Assembly: GCA_001600815.1 (NCBI GenBank)
Contig: BCKZ01000003.1
Span: forward strand, 248,001-312,000
Direction of reading: 5' to 3'
DNA: 64,000 nt
DNA from: Alloascoidea hylecoeti
Lineage: Eukaryota
Shown here one piece after another: positions 23,854 through 36,924 of the stretch. Position 1 is the first letter of the stretch. Each line of letters starts with the position of its first letter. Both the position numbers and the translations under genes were made by a program. The notes beneath the pieces are model-generated. The model searched no databases and was not told where the DNA came from. It worked only from the letters and a program-made list of their open reading frames with translations.

Positions 23854-25884
23854 ATGGCATCGTCTAAAACGATCGAACAGCTGCAGGATCGTGTTGAGGG
23901 TGACTCAAATGAAGAGGTTAAAGGTAAAAAGACAGCAAGATTCCTTCTCGTCACGATTAGTTTCATAACATTTGCTACTTTGATGTCAATATCAGCAGCA
24001 ACTTTAGCTCTTCTGTTATACAAATTAGTACAAAACAATGACCAACACTTCAAAAGAACAAAAGAAGATTTGGCAACAATTACTATACCTATTATAGGAG
24101 CTTTTAACTTACTGTCCTCTATAACAAATGTCATCACGATACTTTCTTTTTGCTTGAACCTCAGAGTACTGAAAAAATTCATACTTTCAATGCTATTGTT
24201 AGTAACCCTCATTGGGTCGTTTAGCGTGGCTTTAATATGGGCCGCTTACACCATTCGAAATCCAAAAATGATGCGTCCCCGAAAGATCAAAGATATTGAA
24301 ACATCTTTTATAATCCTGCTATTTGCTTCACTTATATGTCAGGTAGCAATCGTTTCATTGCATTTTTTGGTATCCAGCAAGAAATGCTCAACATCGGATA
24401 TTGATAATATTCCACCATTTTGGAAAGTGGACATAAATGAATCTGACCACAACACAAATAACTATCCAGCAGATAATACTTCAATTAATAACCAGCAAAT
24501 TAATGCCAATGATAAGGAATTCAAACGAAAATCGATAACAAAGCTTTTCTTGAATGTAATTAACAATAATAACGAACATTGTTTAAGTGAGAAGTTTTCT
24601 TCATCAACACTTATTGATGGTAAATTTACGTCACGTTATGAACCGAATTCCTTAATTGGTTCTTCCCTTTTTAATTCAATGCAATCATCTAGAACGAAAC
24701 AGAAAGACACAGAAAAGAGCATAGATTCAGCTTCAAAAAACTTTTTATGGAATAAAAATAATGCTGATAATTTAATACCCCAATTTCGATTTCAATCTAT
24801 GACCCCAGAGAATTTTAGATACCCGCGTCCAACTAATCGACATGAACATCCACGAGTAGGTCAATCACTTTCTGTTCCGAATATTAAACACAGGCTTAGC
24901 AGCGAAGATGATAACAAAGAATTCTCTGTCAACGGAGATTCAAACCACAACTTAGAAAGGGAAATAAAAAAGAAAAAGCTTGTTAGAAAAAGCTCAACAA
25001 CAAAAAAAAAGAATTATCATTCCAAGGATAATCAAAGGAAGGAAAAAGATAGTATTTCTAGATTTCATCCTACTCTTTTACCCCCTCATCTCCGAAATCA
25101 ACCTTCAGATATACGTATTTCCCAGCAATTTTTACATGATTTCGTTTTGGAGCAACAATGGGAGACGGAGGAAGCATCAAGGGCTGAAGACCAACAGCGA
25201 CAATTACAACAACATGAATACGAAAATTTCGATAATTTCAAGTTTAGAATTAATGTCGATGAATATGATAAAGTACGCAAGTCTCCTAATGAAAAATACC
25301 ATGATTCCACAGTCGATACTATAGAGCTTAAAAAGAGATCTGATAGTACACTTAACCTACTAGAAAAGCAAATGATAGAGGTAAATAACAACATTCAATT
25401 ACAATGGTCTCTTACACATATTGATGGAATGAGAAATATCACTCCTGATAATTTTAACAGTATGAAATATCTTGAAAAGAACAATTTTAATACTGAATCT
25501 TCATCAAAGAGATATTATTCAAACTCTTCCTATATAAGTAAGGATATGTATCCTTCTGAAATAGAACTTGAAAATTTGAAATCGACACCCGTTAAGGCCC
25601 AAAAGCTTTATAAACTAAGGACACCATCTACAGCTTCTAGTTCATCCTCAAAATTCTCAAAAGGCTTAATTAGAACTAAGTCTGCTTGCTCCCTTCACTC
25701 ATATCGATATAGCCCTGAAGATGAAAATCAAGATAGACAAATAAGTGATGGAACTACAGCATCATCAATAAGAATTGCTGAATTAAGTAGTGCTGTGCTT
25801 GAATCAATAGATCAAAATGATTATCAGTACGATGCTTCCATATTGGACTCGCCACTAAATAGAAATGTTCACTTAAGACCATGA
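23854..25884 (+). CDS. Protein with ~4 N-terminal TM helices and a long disordered tail (Irc8-like architecture)
   Basis: ORF of ~676 aa from the ATG at 23854. Four hydrophobic segments in the first ~175 aa are followed by S/N/K-rich low-complexity sequence. The family assignment is tentative. Confidence 0.75.
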   Translation: MASSKTIEQLQDRVEGDSNEEVKGKKTARFLLVTISFITFATLMSISAATLALLLYKLVQNNDQHFKRTKEDLATITIPIIGAFNLLSSITNVITILSFCLNLRVLKKFILSMLLLVTLIGSFSVALIWAAYTIRNPKMMRPRKIKDIETSFIILLFASLICQVAIVSLHFLVSSKKCSTSDIDNIPPFWKVDINESDHNTNNYPADNTSINNQQINANDKEFKRKSITKLFLNVINNNNEHCLSEKFSSSTLIDGKFTSRYEPNSLIGSSLFNSMQSSRTKQKDTEKSIDSASKNFLWNKNNADNLIPQFRFQSMTPENFRYPRPTNRHEHPRVGQSLSVPNIKHRLSSEDDNKEFSVNGDSNHNLEREIKKKKLVRKSSTTKKKNYHSKDNQRKEKDSISRFHPTLLPPHLRNQPSDIRISQQFLHDFVLEQQWETEEASRAEDQQRQLQQHEYENFDNFKFRINVDEYDKVRKSPNEKYHDSTVDTIELKKRSDSTLNLLEKQMIEVNNNIQLQWSLTHIDGMRNITPDNFNSMKYLEKNNFNTESSSKRYYSNSSYISKDMYPSEIELENLKSTPVKAQKLYKLRTPSTASSSSSKFSKGLIRTKSACSLHSYRYSPEDENQDRQISDGTTASSIRIAELSSAVLESIDQNDYQYDASILDSPLNRNVHLRP

Positions 25885-26127
25885 TCAATGAACATGTGTA
25901 CAATATTTTTATAATGTTTAATGGGGTTTGTATGTCATATTATGCTATATATGTTATATTTATTTTTGTTTTATTTACATGTACACGAATTTTGTATACT
26001 TGTGCCGTACACGTATAACTATATAGTCTATATGATATTAATAATAATCATGATAGAAAAAAACATCCGCTTATAGCTACTATCAACAACCGTTATACAG
26101 GTATTTATATAGAAGTATTATTTGCCC

Positions 26128-27390
26128 TCATTTTACTGGTGATTCAACCTCCACCTTTTGAGACCCAACCTGCTTCCAATCGGTGCTCAGTGCAGTTCCT
26201 TTACTCTCAACATAAGATTTCATCATAGCTCTTTTAGTATCATCATCTGCATCAGCGTATACCTCTTTGAAAAAATCCATAGAACTTTGATTATCCTCTT
26301 TTATTTCGTCATTGTATTGTGATGCTATCTTATTCCAATCTTTTTTACTTGTAGAAGGATATGTTTTAACATCGGGGCCCGAATTTGTATCCTTTACTGC
26401 ATTTGATTTTAATGTGGTCCAATTTATTCTTTCAGTTTTCTTTAAAATCAGCTCAATTTTAGTCCCAAATACATTAAATTTAGAAGCGTTGGGGTCTATT
26501 GGTTCTTTAAGATCAATAGAATGTGAAAACACATCACCGGAATCTAATGGGAATTCAACCCTTACAGATTGTTCTTCGAACAAAACTTTAGTTTTATCTT
26601 TTGGTGCTTGTTTAATGAATAAAGATACATTAACGTCTGATTGTGTTTGATACCAATCAGATCGGAAATTCTTAGATGATTTTTCTAGAGCTGACAATTG
26701 CTTATTAGGTTTAGAAATACTTTTTTGAGTAGTGATCTTCCCTTTATTGGTACTAAAATTCGCATTAATACTTGTCAATTTCACGGGTGTTTTGACATCT
26801 TTACTGATATTAATACCTTTATTAATGGGGTGCTTTTCGGTGACCTTCAATGCATTGGGTCCTGGGGATTCCCCTTTTGACTCATTAAACGATTTATTAT
26901 ACTCTGATAGAGATCTAAGTTTAATCGTCTTAATGTTTTTTTTAGTTGATTGTAATATTTCTTCCTTCAGCTGTTTATAATCATCAGTAATTGGAATACC
27001 AGCAATTTCCAAATAAGCCCCAGTCATAGCAATGGTGTCTAAGCTTTCTTTGAAAAGGTTCAATTTAAGAAGAATATCAGCTTTTAAAGTATTCACTGTA
27101 GCCATACTTTTCCAATTACACTCAACCATATGAAGCCTTGCGGAAGTGTTCGCATCATTTAATGATTTTTCCAATTCATTAAGTTTAAAATATGACTTTG
27201 CTCTGGTTTAAGGCCATGTTAATATGCCATTTAAATCAGATGGAACATTGAAGATGAATGTCACTTACCTACCAAAATAAAGTGATGCCAATGCCGAATG
27301 AGACTTTTTTTCTACCCCAGAGGACTTGATAAGTTCAATAGAGTTGGAATAAGTGCCTACAACGTTGGTCTTGTCTTCAAAAGGGGGCAT
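26128..27390 (-). CDS. SGT1: Hsp90 co-chaperone Sgt1 (TPR-CS-SGS), 2 exons (27269-27390, 26128-27202)
   Basis: CS domain 'RSDWYQT' and SGS domain 'YPSTSKKDW..I', 'FFKEVYADADDDTKRAMMKSYVESKGTALSTDW'. The 66-nt intron at 27203-27268 (GTAAGT...TATTAAC...CAG) gives an open 398-aa frame. Confidence 0.93.
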
Positions 27391-30300
27391 ATTATTGATG
27401 TAGTAAAAGAAAAACACTTCTACTTCCCATATGTATCACGTGAAGTATACTTAATTTAGGTCATATGATCTACACATTCAGCTGCAGCCTTTCTGTTTAC
27501 TATTAGCCTAGTTAGGCCACTCAACTTAGTAAAGTGCGACCGAGGTCAAAAGCAAAAGGTAGCTTATTTAAAAAGTGGCCTAAATTAAGTGGAATGACTG
27601 TGTATCTTTGAGTATCTTCAATTGATGAAGACAAGCTTAATATTAATTTTGATAATTATATCATCATCATCGATTCATCAATATACATATTAATGTTAAT
27701 TAATCAATTGACAATTTGACATTAATTAAATTATACCCCCTATATTAATTCTCCCATTCAAATACTGGCTATTAAAATTATAGGTATACTGTATCAAGCA
27801 TTGCAATTGGCACTCCTTTAGACAAGTTAAACTGCATATAAGTTATAATTATCAGGCATGCAATGTATATTATACACAATATTGTAAATTATATCAATAT
27901 TGTATATTGATAATTTGATATGTTAATTATAACATGTGTAGCATTGTGTACACTACATATCAGCTTAATTAATTTATTAAATCTAAAATAGAATTATAAT
28001 TAAATAAAATCAGATATAATTTATAATGAAATATCAAGTCAAGATGTCGAAGTAGTGAGCTTCAATTCATCAAATTAATCTAGATTTTTTTCTTCCTACA
28101 CACTGTACCGTTATATGTAGGCCTATATAATTTCCAAAGCTCGCTATCCTGAATTATCTTTAATATAACTTATAGCTATGAAAAACATGTACATATACTT
28201 ATAGATATATGGGTATAATATAAGGCCTAGGTCCTTGTAAAGAATGTTTTGACTTAATTTCGGTGAATGGAACAAAATCACTTTATAATGGACACAAACG
28301 GTACATCCACCAAATAAGCACTTCAGGATTGAAACTTATATATACACGAAATATTCAGCAGAGAGTCAGACAGAGATATACTTAATCACGTGAATAATAT
28401 GTGCCGATAACCTCACATTTGTTGCACTAAAGGTTTTGTCTTAATGGAGAAGGTGTTGCACTATTAACGAGAGTTAAGATGTTTCGCTATCACTAGGTTA
28501 TGGTTTTAGAATTTAAGGTTATCGTAATTGTATCAAAGACAATATTCCAATCATAACTTTTTATTTCTATAACTGGTACTTAGTTCTTATATATTAATAT
28601 CGATCGTGTACTAGATAATCAGCATTACAATGTATTGCAATTATACTTTTAATTAGTAATTATTGAAAAAAATGTTTAACTAATTAGAATATATTTGATC
28701 TTAATAAGCCTTCTCTTGCATTTAAAGAGACTATAGGTATAATAGCGCTTATATCCTGGAAATCTTAACCATCTAGATCTAATGATAACAACATTTAAAT
28801 TTCCTAATGAGAACCAATATATAGGCCTATATCATTCAACTCTAGTAACTAAATAACCAGGTGAATTGCATTTAATATAAATGCAAAAAAATCTGTTCTC
28901 TTCTAGAATCATTTTATAATAATATAGCTAACTTATCGTGTTGTTATTTATATTGTCAGACTAGTATAGAGAATCTTGCTTTGGAAACGTCCCACATTTT
29001 ATGTTAGATTATAAATGCCTGAAATCATATATACCACGGTATAGAACTAAACTATAAGGAATCTATGTTCATTTATATCTATTATTAACAATAAATTTAA
29101 GGAATACTACCACTACGATACATATTTATTTATAGGCACTATAAGACTTATACCACACATATGGTACAGTCAGTCTTATATATAACATTGCAATTGTTGC
29201 CATGTCGTAAAAGCTAGGTGCACTGCTATTTGACATTTATACCGTGTTTTTATGACTAATTATAAGGTACAATATACAGTACTGTATATAGTTTGTATAG
29301 GTTATATAAGTTTATTGAGTCTGAAACAGGTGTGTGAGTATTTAATTTACAGCTATAGGCTATATAACACGTTCGCATGTACGTATATGGCTATGGGACA
29401 AATAAGCAACAAGTATAAGTAGCTACTAGCCAGTGGCCACCCTTGGAATTGTCAATGGTTCGAAAAATTTGTATTATTATAATTGACGATTGAGTAGATA
29501 TAGATGTGTATATAATTTTCAATTGCAATGGGTTATTATTTGAACCTATACCGATAATTATAGAAGGGTACTCTATAGCCAAGCGAATTGCTGTATGCAC
29601 GTACCAGTAAATCATTCATAATTATTATATAGGCCTTGAAAATTTTGGTCAGATATATATGTTCAGATGCAATTGAATCAATAAATATTAACTTTCAATT
29701 CAAATCTATAGACTATTTATTTAATTCTAATATTAACTGATCATCCTTTAACAGTAAATATATCGACTTCGACTATAGACTATGGATGTCACAAAAAGCT
29801 AGACCATCCTGAGATTTATGTATGGGATAATATTTTGGTAGGCTCAATTGTTTGCAATTGGTCCGTTGGAGAAAGAAGTATAATTAGATAAATTGCAATT
29901 CTCAGGAAAACTTTGGCCCAACGTGTATCGCAGTATAATGAACATATGCATAAAAAATGAAAATTTTCAAGCTCATGTAAGGTAGCATTTAATTATAAAG
30001 AGTTTTCCCCCGGCCCCTTAATATTAAACTCGACAAATATTATGGAAATGATTGGGGGCTTCAATTTTTCATTAGCATTTATTATAAGTGTCGATTAGTG
30101 GAGCAAGCCTTTGAAAATTAACTATGCAATAATCAACAAATAATTTATTAAAGTTCAGAGAAAAATCGTTGATGTGAGATATATATTGATCAAAAGTCAT
30201 AGGTTTCTTATTTCATGCTTTAATTGGATGTTATTTAGCAGAGACGCTCAAAATTAATTAGTGAAACGGGGTGGATATATTTAATGATTCTATTCCAGCT

Positions 30301-30599
30301 CAACAAGTTAAATATAATAAGCGCTTTTTCAAACAAAAGAGATGATGAAAAGAAAGATTTCAGACTCCTGGGAAAACTATCTCAGCTTTTGTTGGAATGA
30401 ATTTTAAAAGCGCTAATCAATTTCACATTGTTTCACTGATAAACTTTAGACGTATATGATTTCCAAGTTGATACCAACGTATAGGGTAAATTTCGTAACA
30501 ACCGCGAATATCATAAGGAATCCGCCCCTAAAACATTTCTTAATTTAACAAAATTATTTATCTTTTATATAAAAGGTATTCATCATTTTAAGTGAGATA

Positions 30600-31200
30600 C
30601 AGGAGAATCTGGTAGTTCCATCGCTTCTTCGGGACTTTTTCTGGATTGAACGGTGATATACCTGTTTTTTTGAAATCGGCATGTTTTTGGAGGTCAATTT
30701 CTGGTTTTGACTTATTGTATAGTTACAGGAAGTCAGCTTGGGCGCGGAGGTTCCGACCAGGCCAACGTAAAATTTCTCCATTATACTTCTTGAACACTCC
30801 CTCAAGCTAACATAAAATATTTTAACTTAAGATATTGATTCGTAAAGGTATACAACCATCTGTTATTGTCATGTTTGTTTTTAAAATACGCGCCTCGTTA
30901 TTCTCATCAATGACACGAAAAAATTGTGGTCTATCTAGGGCGCAGCCAAAAATCTGTCATCTCCTTAAATATTTCTGGAGATACCGTATATGCCTCCCCT
31001 AGAACAGCAAGCCTTTGTTTCAATTGGTTGTTGATGTCTTTGGAAACAGCTCCATTAATTTGGCCTCGCAATGAATGTGTACTATCGCTCACTCCATGTA
31101 GTTCTTTTCACGGGAAATAGCCGAGCGTGTGGAATAATGTCTTCTATATTTGAAGTCTTTCTTAGTTTCTGGACACTTTTCGGAGTTTTTACCATACTTT
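30600..31200 (-). mobile_element. Decayed, internally deleted pogo/Fot1-like transposase (relic A)
   Basis: The minus strand gives 'AQADFL*LYNKSKPE...FKKTGISPFNPEKV', matching the pogo C-terminal motif K.DFL..Y...F..TGI.PFNP..V. There are multiple stops, and DNA similarity to 51440-52135. Confidence 0.7.
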
Positions 31201-32856
31201 GGTGTGGGGTTGGGTATTTCCCCTATACCAGATGCAATCTATGTGTGTATATTACTTTACAAACCACTTATCAATAGTGTTTCCTAGGTTACTTTAAGAT
31301 TTCTAAATATTTCCGATTCTACTTAGTTAAATTTTTAAGATTAATTACCTCTTACATTGCTAATAAATTCCCAAACTCCCTGTTAATATTTCTCAAAAAT
31401 AAAGATAAAAACAAATAGAAACTGTATCTACAAACTTCATTTAATTCGTTGGCATCTGATAATTTGTAAACTTGTTTGTCTAATTTGGTCCAGCACAGCT
31501 AATAACTGCTACTATAGATGAATATTTCTATATGATCGTACAGTCAAATGCACTCACTTAATTATAGACCGCGGTGAGCTCTAGACATATGCTCTTTAAC
31601 ATGCCATGCTAATTGGTTTTAAGAAAGTGTAGAATAAGACCGATTAATTATGTGCGTTATATGTCATTTACAATGAATATGTAGATTGTTTAATCGTAAA
31701 TTGAAACCAAATTGAGCACATAGTGTTCACAACGTTCATAATTGGTAGTATGTTACCAGCTAATAAGCTTTTACGTGATTATAAAGGATTATACGAGTTA
31801 TTTCCTACACCTCGTACATAACCAATTATAATAATTATGACTAATTATTATCTAATAAATGTTATTCTTGTTCTGATTATAAAAACTTATAATCTGATCA
31901 TGATCATAATCATCAATTGTAAATGTATATCGCGATCCGATATAATCGTATTACTTAATTATATACGGACGGTTATATGCAGGTTGTTTAAAGTAACGTA
32001 ACTAGAACATGATTTTCATGGTTTAATCTCCTTCTGGAGTTTAATTAATTCTTTAATATTCATTAATAGTAGTAAATTGGGATATACTGAGTTAGTTGAA
32101 GCCATATAATTATAAGATCGCTTACCAATGACCAATAGAAGCGCTTATACAATTATGATACGTTTATAAGGGTTGTGTCATTGTTCCTGACAATCAGTAA
32201 TTCTGGATCGGTTTGAATACAAAACAATTGAATCGATATGGAGACAACTGAATTAATATGGAGATCAAACGATAAATCGAACGGTTAACACAATATTTTG
32301 TAGTTTAGTAAGTTTAGTACCATATTTTCTGTACTTATTAACATCTGCAATGATTGGTTAGTATCTACCGTTGTTCATAATTAGTGAGCTGACTACTTGT
32401 GTACGAATATTACATCCTATTTTATATGAATAGTACCATATATATGGTGCATACCTAATAGTCATAATCTAACTTTTAGTTACAATAAACAGTAAAATAA
32501 ACAGATTATTAATATTAATGATAAAGATATCATAAGACAATATTCACACACAAAACTGAAGCTTAAGAAACAAAACTTGAAAATCAATAATATCAAATTA
32601 AACAATCAACAAATTAAAGCTGTATGTATATATAGTAAAGAGTTAAAAAGTAAAGTTAACTCAGGTCATAATAGTATTAAGGTGAAAACTTGAAAGAAAA
32701 AAAATCCTAAGTAATTCATTAAAGACTTTATCATTACCAAATCAAAACTAAAGTGTAAATTCAAATTTGGAGATAGAATTCCAAACATAAAAATTAGATA
32801 ATCAAAAATCAACAAAAACAAAAACAAAAACAAAAACCTTTGTACAAGCATATACA

Positions 32857-35800
32857 TCAATTGAACAATGTCCGATATTGTATGGCATCAATACTTTCAA
32901 TATCTTGCAAGCCTATCCCAAGTTGACTATCAACATGATTAACGGCTTCACCATCATTAACATTGGAATTTGTAGTAGTTCTTTTCAGTCCCGAAACACC
33001 TGTAATTGGTAAAGTTGATGAAGTGTTCCGAAATGAATTGATATAAGTTGAACCAGATCTTGGTTCTAATCTATTATTAACTCTATTGTCAATAATATCA
33101 TTATCATTATTATTAATACAAACATTACCTAAAGTACTTTTTCTCCTTGATGATTCTCTTTCATTTTTCATCTCTTGTAGAACAGCATCATAATTCGGAG
33201 GTAATAATACCTTACCTAGACTGTTACTACTTATATCGTTGGAATTTTGTCTGCTTTGACGTTGAAATGATCCATCGAATACTGAATCAATACTCATTCC
33301 ACGACCTTTATTGTAACTTCCCTCAAAACCTATACCCGGACTTGAATTGAGATTAATATTAATACTAGTTGATGGTGAGTTTGATAAACCAACAGCGGAT
33401 GTCGATTTTAAGTCACAATTATATATATTCTTACCATTATTAAATCTCGAAGGTGATCCCCTTGTAAGAAGAGAGTTGGAAGAAGTATTATATGATTGTC
33501 CATGTTGAGATATAGAAATTGGTTGAATTTGATTAAAGGCTGATGATGCAGATGCGGGCGATGATGTTAATGATACAAAACGTTTCAGGCCCTTTAAATT
33601 AAGCTCTGATATATCATTTTCATCTTGGTTATAGTTGTCGTTATTTTTGGCATTAGTTTTATTTGTATTTGTATTTTTATTATTATTATTATTATTAATA
33701 TCATTATTTTTTGAAAAATCAAAAGTCTTAAGTCGATTCGTTAAATTTGATGCAGGTATACAAGTATTATTTTCAATTAAATTTGATTCATTTAAACTTG
33801 ATCCATTAAAATTGATGGAAATTGCAGAATCTGAACATGTTAAAACAGGACTATTTGGAGTTTGTGTATCTCCATTTCTATCTGGTAAATCATGTAATGG
33901 ATCCATTGGATCAACTCCATCAGTTGAACTATTATTATTACTCAACGTACTTATTGGAGTGTTTGGTAGATCAAGAAAACTGTTAATATTTCGAAAGAGG
34001 TTCCCATTTCCATTTCCACTCACATTACGATTATTATTTTCGTGACTATTTTGTAACGAGTATAATTCATTATCATCATTAGTTGAATTAGTAACTGATT
34101 GTGATAAATTTAATGATTGAACATCATCAAACGCCCCTCTATTTGTAATTGTTTTCCTAAGCAAATGAGATTGAGATTGGGATTGTGGTATAAAAGGTGG
34201 AGTACTTAAAGCTTCTTGAAAACTTGGTGGTACATCTTCACCAATACCAAAAGAATTGCCATAGTGATTTAATTGATAAGGATTTGGACTATCCAATGAA
34301 AAATCCGATGTATAAGATGAAATTGTATTTGATCTAAATAATGCATCATTTGGATTTGAACTAATTCTAACAAGATTATAATTTGAATTTAAATCATCAT
34401 TTGTTTGTTGATAATAATTATTATTAAAAGACATTGGTGAATTACAATTAGCAAACGCTGATGGTGAAGAAGGTGTTGGATTTGGAGAATATAAAGGTAG
34501 TTCAACATTACCACCTTTACAATATCTTGATAATAAATGAATTGGTGTATCAACAATAACTTCATAATGCCTTACTTTTTTAGAAATTTCTTCAGGAGTG
34601 ATGCTATTATCCTTTTTTGATATTCGAAAAGAAATTTGTAATCTGTGACTTACTCTTATATATTTACAGTTTGAAGAATCTGGGAATAAACTCATTGGAT
34701 CATTTTCATTTTCTCTGCTACTTGATCTTCTTTTGAATGGATCTTGAACAGGAGCAGCGAATGGTAGTACAGGAACCGTTGGTGCTAAAACGGGACTAAA
34801 ATGGTTGAAAGGATTTGAACTCCAGGAACCAAATTCAGAATTATCAAGATCTTGACTGGATTGATTATTATTGTCATTATTAGTTGTATTGATATTGTTG
34901 ATATTTCTTGGTTCAGCGGCAACAAATGGTAATTTACAAACTAATGTAGTTGGCTCTGAAATAATAATTTCATTTTCTGAATTTTCAAAAGATGATTGTT
35001 TATTTAAAAGTAAACTATCATGTTGTTTATCATATTCTAATTCCAAAGGCTTTTTTTTCTTATTTTGAGATTTTTGTATAACATTTGTATGCATTGAAGG
35101 ACTCATTATATTATAGGCTGTCATTCTTCTTTGTTCTTCATCTCCAGAACCATCTTTCCCATTATTAATCAATTGTAAATTTCTTAATTTCTCTTTGCTA
35201 GCTGCTTTTTTATCATAAATAACAACTTTTCTTTCAGCTTGTTTATTAGTATATTTTTTAATTCCATCTTCCCATTCATATCTTAAATCCTTTGAACTAT
35301 ATTCAGCCCTTTCAACGATAATTATTTTAATCCGATGAACAGCAACTCCTTTATCAAGTGGAGTTAATTTCATTCTTAACTCGAAATCGGAACCTAAAGG
35401 TATAAACTTTAAAGGGAAAGTTATTTCATATGATAAAGCGTTTGCCCAAACCCTATTAATGTAGATCGGATGATTGATCAATGAATCAGCAATTGATGGC
35501 GGTGATCTAACAACCATTATTTGTTTTTTAACATTAATTGATTTCGTTAATGATGATAATCCAAGTTTTGGTGCCAAAGGTCTTGTAATATTAATGTGAA
35601 AAAAGTATCCTAATCCAGCATGGGGAGCTAAAATTGATTCTGGCATTGAATGTGGGATCAATATTGGAAAAATAAAGATATAATGACCAGGCTCATAAAT
35701 CTTTTTAATATTATTGTTATTATTGTCATTTTTATCTTTATCATCCACCATGTGAGATATAGCACGTGAAAGGGATAATGATAAGGGTGAATTTGGGGAA

Positions 35801-36456
35801 GTGCTATCACTCCAAACATCATCCTCATAATCTAATTGTTCAAGTAATTTTGTTTTTATACCTCCATTGTTAGCCAATACGGTAGGTCCATTGGAGTTAA
35901 GTGGTATGTATGCATCAGGTGAAAGATCAGTGGAGTCATGAGCCAAGACATTCCAGGATTCTCTCGCTATAGAGAATTTTTCTTCGTGATCTTGTTTCAA
36001 AGGTGGGAATCCATCGGGCCACTGAACACAAGCCACACAATCTAAAGATGTTGTGATAGTTTTCAGGACGGTTTGTTTTTCTATTGTTAATATCATGGCA
36101 ATATCAAGTGGTGCACAACCTTGTAAAGCAGTAGTGGCAGATGATGGGTCTAGGATTTGGGTGGCCGGATCAGTGTCAGAAGATCCTGATTTTAGATAAA
36201 TGATAGGATTGGAAATTGCAGTTGACACATGAATACCATTGGAAGAGCTTAAAGTTGTGAAATTAGATAAGGCCCGAGAATTTAGAAACGGAGCTGTTGC
36301 TGCTAATATACCACTTGAATTAGTCCCCTCCCTCGAAACTTCTGAAACATGGTCTCTGTCGGAGGTCGCAGTTGTCATGGAGGACCTCCGTATGGAAGAA
36401 GTGACTGACTGTGAGTCCGCATCTTTTTTACGGTGCCATATTTTGAACAAGGGCAT
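32857..36456 (-). CDS. ECM21: Alpha-arrestin ubiquitin-ligase adaptor, Ecm21/Csr2 (ART2/ART8) type
   Basis: First ATG at 36456 (MPLFKIW). Arrestin-fold motifs 'PIYINRVWANALSYEI', 'HRLQISFRISK', 'HYEVIVDTPI', PY-type motifs (LPLY, PPSF, PPNY) and an N-rich tail. Confidence 0.8.
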   Translation of the reverse strand: MPLFKIWHRKKDADSQSVTSSIRRSSMTTATSDRDHVSEVSREGTNSSGILAATAPFLNSRALSNFTTLSSSNGIHVSTAISNPIIYLKSGSSDTDPATQILDPSSATTALQGCAPLDIAMILTIEKQTVLKTITTSLDCVACVQWPDGFPPLKQDHEEKFSIARESWNVLAHDSTDLSPDAYIPLNSNGPTVLANNGGIKTKLLEQLDYEDDVWSDSTSPNSPLSLSLSRAISHMVDDKDKNDNNNNNIKKIYEPGHYIFIFPILIPHSMPESILAPHAGLGYFFHINITRPLAPKLGLSSLTKSINVKKQIMVVRSPPSIADSLINHPIYINRVWANALSYEITFPLKFIPLGSDFELRMKLTPLDKGVAVHRIKIIIVERAEYSSKDLRYEWEDGIKKYTNKQAERKVVIYDKKAASKEKLRNLQLINNGKDGSGDEEQRRMTAYNIMSPSMHTNVIQKSQNKKKKPLELEYDKQHDSLLLNKQSSFENSENEIIISEPTTLVCKLPFVAAEPRNINNINTTNNDNNNQSSQDLDNSEFGSWSSNPFNHFSPVLAPTVPVLPFAAPVQDPFKRRSSSRENENDPMSLFPDSSNCKYIRVSHRLQISFRISKKDNSITPEEISKKVRHYEVIVDTPIHLLSRYCKGGNVELPLYSPNPTPSSPSAFANCNSPMSFNNNYYQQTNDDLNSNYNLVRISSNPNDALFRSNTISSYTSDFSLDSPNPYQLNHYGNSFGIGEDVPPSFQEALSTPPFIPQSQSQSHLLRKTITNRGAFDDVQSLNLSQSVTNSTNDDNELYSLQNSHENNNRNVSGNGNGNLFRNINSFLDLPNTPISTLSNNNSSTDGVDPMDPLHDLPDRNGDTQTPNSPVLTCSDSAISINFNGSSLNESNLIENNTCIPASNLTNRLKTFDFSKNNDINNNNNNKNTNTNKTNAKNNDNYNQDENDISELNLKGLKRFVSLTSSPASASSAFNQIQPISISQHGQSYNTSSNSLLTRGSPSRFNNGKNIYNCDLKSTSAVGLSNSPSTSININLNSSPGIGFEGSYNKGRGMSIDSVFDGSFQRQSRQNSNDISSNSLGKVLLPPNYDAVLQEMKNERESSRRKSTLGNVCINNNDNDIIDNRVNNRLEPRSGSTYINSFRNTSSTLPITGVSGLKRTTTNSNVNDGEAVNHVDSQLGIGLQDIESIDAIQYRTLFN

Positions 36457-36924
36457 GATTAGTTCTAGAGATAGTGTGTTTGTGTAAGTACAAAAGAAAT
36501 ATATTGACTGATCCAGCGGCAACACCCAGACACCCGTTTAAGATTAAGTTGAATAATATTTCCTTTTTGCGTGACGCATCACGAAGATCTTACAGGTGTA
36601 GCAGCATCACGAAGAGGCCGCAGATCTCAGTTGCAGGAAGCCAGTGACAAGCCATGGAAGCCACAGGCCAATCCCCACCTGTCAGGATGTGCCGATTATC
36701 GATCTCCAGGTGTGCCAAAAATAATTTGGATGTTTCAACCCCAGAAGCTGCGCGGAAAGGAATGTTCCGCAGGCGTATAACTGGTGGATCTAGACTTGTA
36801 AGTAAAGCAAGTGTGGGCGGCTACAACTCTAGATCGAACTCTACATCTAGGTAGTTGTATATTACTATATATAGCATAGCTATATATAAATATGTTCCTC
36901 CGCTTGTAAATCCATTATTATCAA

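Noticed and set aside
27512..27583. TTAGGCCACT...AGTGGCCTAA inverted repeat (Tourist-like ends)
   Set aside because: Only a 10-bp match in a palindrome-rich background, with no second copy in the window.
27435..28393. TCACGTGA motifs as a point-centromere CDEI
   Set aside because: No CDEIII (CCGAA) at the expected spacing. More likely ordinary Cbf1/bHLH sites.
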